NCBI GenBank assembly: GCA_030651135.1
Contig: JAUSCS010000006.1
Span: 650,160 to 714,159, forward strand
DNA from: Candidatus Woesearchaeota archaeon
GTDB taxonomy: Archaea; Nanobdellota; Nanobdellia; Woesearchaeales; JACPBO01
Direction of reading: 5' to 3'
Length of the DNA stretch: 64,000 nt
In this document: positions 59,344-64,000 of the stretch, piece after piece
How positions within the stretch are numbered: position 1 is the stretch's first letter
Layout of the letters: the number at the start of each line of letters is the position of its first letter
The notes under the pieces: generated by a model
The model's input: only the letters and a program-made list of their open reading frames with translations
Databases searched by the model: none
Told to the model about the DNA's origin: nothing
Program-made: the position numbers and the translations under genes

Positions 59344-60243
59344 ATGGAAGAAAATTTTGTTAACCAGCAATCGATAAATTACAAGGAACCCAAAAAGTTT
59401 CCAAAATTATGGATCGTGCTTATTTTATTGATTATTGTTATCGCAGCTAGTATTTTTGCATTTTTAATATTCACTAAAAAAGAAAAAGCGCTAGATGCTC
59501 AGCAATCAGTGGAAAATTTAACAATATCAAAGCCAAGCATTGAAGCTATCCTTTTATTTGACTCCACATATGGGACAAATATGCTTGTGACAGATTCTCA
59601 AGGCAGAATGACAGGATATGTGAATGATGTTTTATTCATAGATATTCCCAATTCAGATGTACTTGGCGACGCAGGTGAAGGACAAATGATGGTGATAGAG
59701 AATCCTGACTCTGAAAACAATTTTTATACTATACAAATAAGTAAGACAGAAAGCGGTTTGGCCAGTATATCAATAAGTTACACTGATTCAACAACAATAG
59801 ATAGGGAAACGGCTGAGTTCAATGTAGAATCACAAAATCCTGTTTCTCTGAAAGTTTCAATTACTAGTGGTAGCAACCCATTGACAATTAGTCCTGTCAG
59901 TATGGATAATATTCCGCCCAATATGGTGACTGACCTCCGAGTTACCAGTACTAGTGAAAATTCCATCATCTTAGAATGGACCTCTCCCGGAGATGACGGC
60001 ACATCAGGAACAGCGAGTAGTTACGATATAAGGTATTCTACTTCATCCATTACAGAATCAAACTGGAATTCAGCAACAAAATGGCAAGAAAAACAAAATC
60101 CACAACCAGCCGGAGCAATTGAGATTCGCACAATTACAGGGTTATCACCGGGAATGAAATATTATTTTGCACTAAACGCTATTGATGATAAAGGAAACAT
60201 AGCATTGATTTCGAATGGTGCTCAAGCCACTACATTATCATAA
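59344..60243 (+). CDS. Membrane-anchored fibronectin type III protein
   Basis: TM, WTSPGDDG…YDIRYS…GLSPGMKYYFAL. Confidence 0.82.
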   Translation: MEENFVNQQSINYKEPKKFPKLWIVLILLIIVIAASIFAFLIFTKKEKALDAQQSVENLTISKPSIEAILLFDSTYGTNMLVTDSQGRMTGYVNDVLFIDIPNSDVLGDAGEGQMMVIENPDSENNFYTIQISKTESGLASISISYTDSTTIDRETAEFNVESQNPVSLKVSITSGSNPLTISPVSMDNIPPNMVTDLRVTSTSENSIILEWTSPGDDGTSGTASSYDIRYSTSSITESNWNSATKWQEKQNPQPAGAIEIRTITGLSPGMKYYFALNAIDDKGNIALISNGAQATTLS

Positions 60244-60257
60244 AAAAAACTAAAAAA

Positions 60258-61043
60258 ATGATCAACCCCTATTTCCCGCAAAAACAGAAGATCCTGGACA
60301 TCAAAAAGGAAACAATAGACATAAGCACATATAAAATAAACTTCAGATCAGATCATCTTCCTGGCCAGTTTGTCGAGGTTTACATTCCGAAGATAGGCGA
60401 ATGCCCCATATCACTCAGCTACTATTCAAAAGATCACATTGAGCTTGCTGTAAGGAATGTCGGCAATGTGACTAATGCGATCCACAAGCTGAAAAAAGGC
60501 GGCACAATTTACATCAGAGGGCCTTATGGCCATGGCTATCCGATGAATCTGCTGAAAAATAAGAATCTTACAGTTATTGGCGGAGGAACAGGAGCAGCGC
60601 CATTAAGAGGCGTAATTGAGTTCATAATAAAAAACAGGAAGCAATACAAAAATGTTGATGTATTCCTCGGCTTCAGAAGCCCTGATGACATTTTGTTTAA
60701 ATATGATCTTGAAAAATGGAAAAAGCACATGAATGTTTATCTTACAGTTGACAAGGCAGAAAGCAATTGGAAAGGCAATGTTGGCCTTGTAACAGCATTG
60801 CTTGAAAAGATGCCGCCGAAAAAAGGCTCGATTGCAGTAACATGCGGCCCGCCGGTTATGATAAAGTTTGTAATTGAGTTGCTGGAAAAACAAGGCTTTA
60901 AAGACAGCCAAATATTTGTCTCATTTGAAAGATTAATGCACTGCGGCATCGGCAAATGCGGGCACTGCATGATCGAAGGCTATTACACATGCAGAGACGG
61001 GCCTGTTTTCAGATATGATTTTGTAAAGAATCTGGAGGATTGA
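60258..61043 (+). CDS. hydG: Sulfhydrogenase gamma subunit (FAD/NAD(P)-binding)
   Basis: PGQF, RGPYG, GGGTG, CGPPVM, MHCGIGKCGHC…CRDGPVF. Confidence 0.92.
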   Translation: MINPYFPQKQKILDIKKETIDISTYKINFRSDHLPGQFVEVYIPKIGECPISLSYYSKDHIELAVRNVGNVTNAIHKLKKGGTIYIRGPYGHGYPMNLLKNKNLTVIGGGTGAAPLRGVIEFIIKNRKQYKNVDVFLGFRSPDDILFKYDLEKWKKHMNVYLTVDKAESNWKGNVGLVTALLEKMPPKKGSIAVTCGPPVMIKFVIELLEKQGFKDSQIFVSFERLMHCGIGKCGHCMIEGYYTCRDGPVFRYDFVKNLED

Positions 61044-61044
61044 A

Positions 61045-62037
61045 ATGAAGATTGCATTTTTCGAAATGGAAGACTGGGAAAAAGAATATATTAAAAAAAA
61101 GCTTAAAGGCAATATTTTATTTTTCAATGACGAATTAAATGAGAAAAATATAAATCAAGTTAAAGATTTTGATATATTGTCTGTTTTTATTTATTCGAAG
61201 ATAAACAGCAATACGCTAAATAACCTTAAAAAACTAAAACTAATAGCAACAAGGTCAACTGGCTATGACCACATTGATATCGAAGAATGCAGAAAAAGAA
61301 AGATTGCAGTAGCCAATGTACCTTATTACGGCGAGAATACAGTTGCAGAGCACACTTTTGCATTAATCCTGTCCTTATCAAGAAAAATTCACAGGGCGTA
61401 TGAAAAAACAGTAAGGGGCGACTTTTCACTTGAAGGATTGAGGGGATTTGACCTTAAAGGCAGAACAATCGGCATTATAGGAGCAGGCCATATCGGGCTT
61501 CATGTTATAAGAATCGCAAATGGTTTTGAAATGAATGTTCTGGCATATGATGTCAAAAGAGACGCAAAGCTAGCGAAAAAGTTTGGCTTCAAATATGCTT
61601 CATTAAATGAGCTTTTAAAAAATTCCGACATAATCAGCTTGCATGCCCCTTACAACAAAGCAACGCATCATCTGATAAATAAAAATAATATAAAGCTGAT
61701 AAAAAAAGGCTCTATTCTGATAAACACAGCAAGGGGCAGCTTAGTTGAAACAGAAGCATTAGTCGAGGCATTGGACAGGGGGATTTTATCAGGGGCAGGC
61801 CTGGATGTGCTTGAAGAAGAACAGCTGGTAAAAGAAGAAAGCGAGCTTCTTTCAAAGAATTACCCGATTGAAACATTAAAGACAGTGATACAGAATCATA
61901 CTTTGCTGAAAAGGGAGAATGTGATTATAACGCCGCACAATGCATTCAACAGCATTGAAGCGCTGCAAAGAATACTCGATACAACAATTGAAAATATTAA
62001 AAGCTTTATGAAGGGAAAAATAATTAATAAAGTTTAA
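61045..62037 (+). CDS. D-lactate/D-2-hydroxyacid dehydrogenase (LdhA-like)
   Basis: TRSTGYDHID, VAEH, GAGHIG, INTARG, LDVLEEE, ITPHNAF. Confidence 0.9.
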   Translation: MKIAFFEMEDWEKEYIKKKLKGNILFFNDELNEKNINQVKDFDILSVFIYSKINSNTLNNLKKLKLIATRSTGYDHIDIEECRKRKIAVANVPYYGENTVAEHTFALILSLSRKIHRAYEKTVRGDFSLEGLRGFDLKGRTIGIIGAGHIGLHVIRIANGFEMNVLAYDVKRDAKLAKKFGFKYASLNELLKNSDIISLHAPYNKATHHLINKNNIKLIKKGSILINTARGSLVETEALVEALDRGILSGAGLDVLEEEQLVKEESELLSKNYPIETLKTVIQNHTLLKRENVIITPHNAFNSIEALQRILDTTIENIKSFMKGKIINKV

Positions 62038-62038
62038 G

Positions 62039-62815
62039 ATGGAAAAAAACGAGAAGCTTAAAGTTGGAATATTTGCATTGACAAGCTGTCAGGGCTGCAT
62101 GTGGAACATCCTTAATTTAGAGCATAATCTGATTGAGTTGATGAAGCTAGTCAATATAGCGCATTTCGAGCTGATCAAAAAAAAGAATGAAGAAGGCCCT
62201 TTTGATGTTGCGCTTATTGAAGGCTGCATTACAACAGAAGAGGAGCAGCAGCAGGCAATTAAAATAAGGGAAAAAAGCAAATTCGTGATTGCATTTGGAA
62301 CATGCGCGACTTACGGCGGGGTTCCAACAATAAGAAATTTTCTTGACTTGCATGACCAGATTGAAGCTCTGCCTCCGAATCCATTATTCTTAAAGCAAAT
62401 TGCTGCCAGAGGCATAGATGCTTTCATAAAAGTTGATTATTTCATGCGCGGCTGCCCAATTGACAAGAGAGACTTCATAAATGTAATGAAAGACCTTGTT
62501 GTTGGAAAAAAGCCAAAGCAGATAACTCATAATGTTTGCTTTGAATGCAGGCAGAAAGAGAATATCTGTCTGCTGCAGAAAGGCGAGCCCTGCATGGGGC
62601 CGATAACATATGCTGGCTGCAATGCTTTATGCCCTTCGCATTCAATCCCCTGCTATGGCTGCTTCGGACCTATGGAAGATGCAAATCTTGATGCTGAAAT
62701 AGAGCTGTTTAAAAAATGCGGCCTGACAACAGACGATATTAAAAGGTATTTCAGGACATTCGCAGGAACGTCAAAAGTTTTCAAGAAGTTCAATGAAGAG
62801 GTTGTAAAACAATAA
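62039..62815 (+). CDS. hydD: Sulfhydrogenase delta ([NiFe] small) subunit
   Basis: TSCQGC, GTCA, GCP, VCFEC…C, PCMGP…GC…CP…CYGC. Confidence 0.92.
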   Translation: MEKNEKLKVGIFALTSCQGCMWNILNLEHNLIELMKLVNIAHFELIKKKNEEGPFDVALIEGCITTEEEQQQAIKIREKSKFVIAFGTCATYGGVPTIRNFLDLHDQIEALPPNPLFLKQIAARGIDAFIKVDYFMRGCPIDKRDFINVMKDLVVGKKPKQITHNVCFECRQKENICLLQKGEPCMGPITYAGCNALCPSHSIPCYGCFGPMEDANLDAEIELFKKCGLTTDDIKRYFRTFAGTSKVFKKFNEEVVKQ

Positions 62816-62816
62816 A

Positions 62817-64000
62817 ATGGAAACTAACCACACAATCAAGCTCAACCACATTGCAAAGATCGAAGGCCATGCAAAGCTGAATATCAGGATAGAAAACGGC
62901 AGGGTTGAAAAGGCAAAAATAGAAACATTTGAAGGAGCAAGGTTTTTTGAAGACATCATAAAGAACAGAAAATACGGGGATGCCCCTGTGCTTACTTCAA
63001 GGATCTGCGGCACATGCTCGCCTTCGCATCTTGTAACGTCGTTAAAAGCTGTTGAGGATGCATTTAATGTTAAAGTCAGCGAGCAGACAAAATTGCTGAG
63101 AGAGCTGCTTGTTTTGGGCTCTTATCTGCAGAATCACACCCTGCATTTATATTTCCTTTCACTGCCGGATTACCTTGGCTTTGACTCTGCAATTGAGATG
63201 GCTTCTAAGCATCCGAAAGAGGTTGAAAGGGCATTGAAGATTAAAAAAATAGGGAATGAGATTGTTTCGATAATAGGCGGCAGGGAAGTGCATCCTATAA
63301 CGCCGATAATCGGGGGATTTTCAAAACTGCCTCCAAAAAACGAAGTGAATGCTTTGCTTAGAATGCTTGAAAGCATAAAGCAGGATGCAGTCGAATCTGT
63401 CAAATTATTTTCTAATCTGAAATATCCTTCATTTGAGCGGGAGACAAAATATTTTGCACTCAAATCTGACACTTATTCTCTTGTTGACGGAGCAATATCC
63501 TGCACAGGCAATATGTGCATTCCAACCAAGGATTACCAGAATCATTTTAAGGAATATTTCGAGGAAGGCTCAAAATCAGAATTCGTTGTTGCAGAGGGCA
63601 ACAGCTATATGGTTGGCGCTTTGGCAAGGCTCAACAATAATTTTGAAAAGTTGCCTAAAGACATTCAGGATCTGGTTCCATTCAGGGCTCCAAGCTTTTC
63701 ACCTTTCAGCAATAATGTGGCGCAGGCAATTGAGCTTGTTTTCTGCGTTGAAAGGGCAGTTGAAATTTTGCAGAATCTTGAGCTGGAAGATGAAGGCTGC
63801 GCTGAAATAAAGGTCAAAGCTGGCAGAGGAGTTGGGATTACAGAAGCTCCAAGGGGGATGCTGTTCCACGATTATACTTTCGATGGAAACGGCTTTGTGG
63901 CAAAAGCCAACATTACAACTCCGACATCGCAGAACCTGAGGAACATGGAAGATGATATAAAGGCATTCCTGCCCGGAATACTGAATCTGAAAGAAAGCGA
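62817..64000 (+). CDS. hydA: Sulfhydrogenase alpha ([NiFe] large) subunit (3'-partial)
   Basis: Read manually: IAKIEGH, RFFE, SRICGTC (L1 motif), EAPRG, TPT. Runs off the window end. Confidence 0.93.
   Translation, partial: METNHTIKLNHIAKIEGHAKLNIRIENGRVEKAKIETFEGARFFEDIIKNRKYGDAPVLTSRICGTCSPSHLVTSLKAVEDAFNVKVSEQTKLLRELLVLGSYLQNHTLHLYFLSLPDYLGFDSAIEMASKHPKEVERALKIKKIGNEIVSIIGGREVHPITPIIGGFSKLPPKNEVNALLRMLESIKQDAVESVKLFSNLKYPSFERETKYFALKSDTYSLVDGAISCTGNMCIPTKDYQNHFKEYFEEGSKSEFVVAEGNSYMVGALARLNNNFEKLPKDIQDLVPFRAPSFSPFSNNVAQAIELVFCVERAVEILQNLELEDEGCAEIKVKAGRGVGITEAPRGMLFHDYTFDGNGFVAKANITTPTSQNLRNMEDDIKAFLPGILNLKES

Noticed and set aside
1-64000. CRISPR array, cas genes, transposases, integrase, rRNA
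   Set aside because: No regularly spaced repeats or recognisable motifs were seen by eye.

Overview
AT-rich archaeal chromosome segment. The gene set (eS1/rps3ae, eL41, herA-mre11, EndoQ, gatA/gatB, class III signal peptides, TrmB) points to a DPANN archaeon, most likely Woesearchaeales-like; this assignment is an inference. The first 31 kb holds housekeeping, repair and surface genes. It also contains an unusual LeuA-like DRE-TIM::YrdC fusion divergent from a TrmB regulator, an aroD wedged between herA and mre11, a ~200-nt GC-rich structured element, and a 14-aa ORF (MCGTCGCGGKKGKK) resembling the Ni-binding N-terminus of HypB. From 31.3 to 55.7 kb lies a nearly all + strand copper/thiol-redox island: CopA, cupredoxin, ArsR, FTR catalytic subunit, rubredoxin-like, CDGSH, DsbA/Trx folds, a PCYCGC-type protein, SufS, JAMM and an HFCD flavoprotein. 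The island has three membrane-anchored wHTH regulators and many proteins ending in Cys on flexible tails: three consecutive genes end in MVGGC, one ends in GGCC, and two copies of a 9-aa micropeptide MGKGKKGCC differ only at synonymous positions. This C-terminal-Cys system is the best candidate for an undescribed system. The window ends with cimA, preceded by an Ile-rich leader ORF, and a group 3b [NiFe] sulfhydrogenase operon interrupted by an FN3 gene and a D-lactate-type dehydrogenase. No CRISPR array, rRNA, tRNA or transposase was recognised. All calls come from motif recognition by eye, without database searches.
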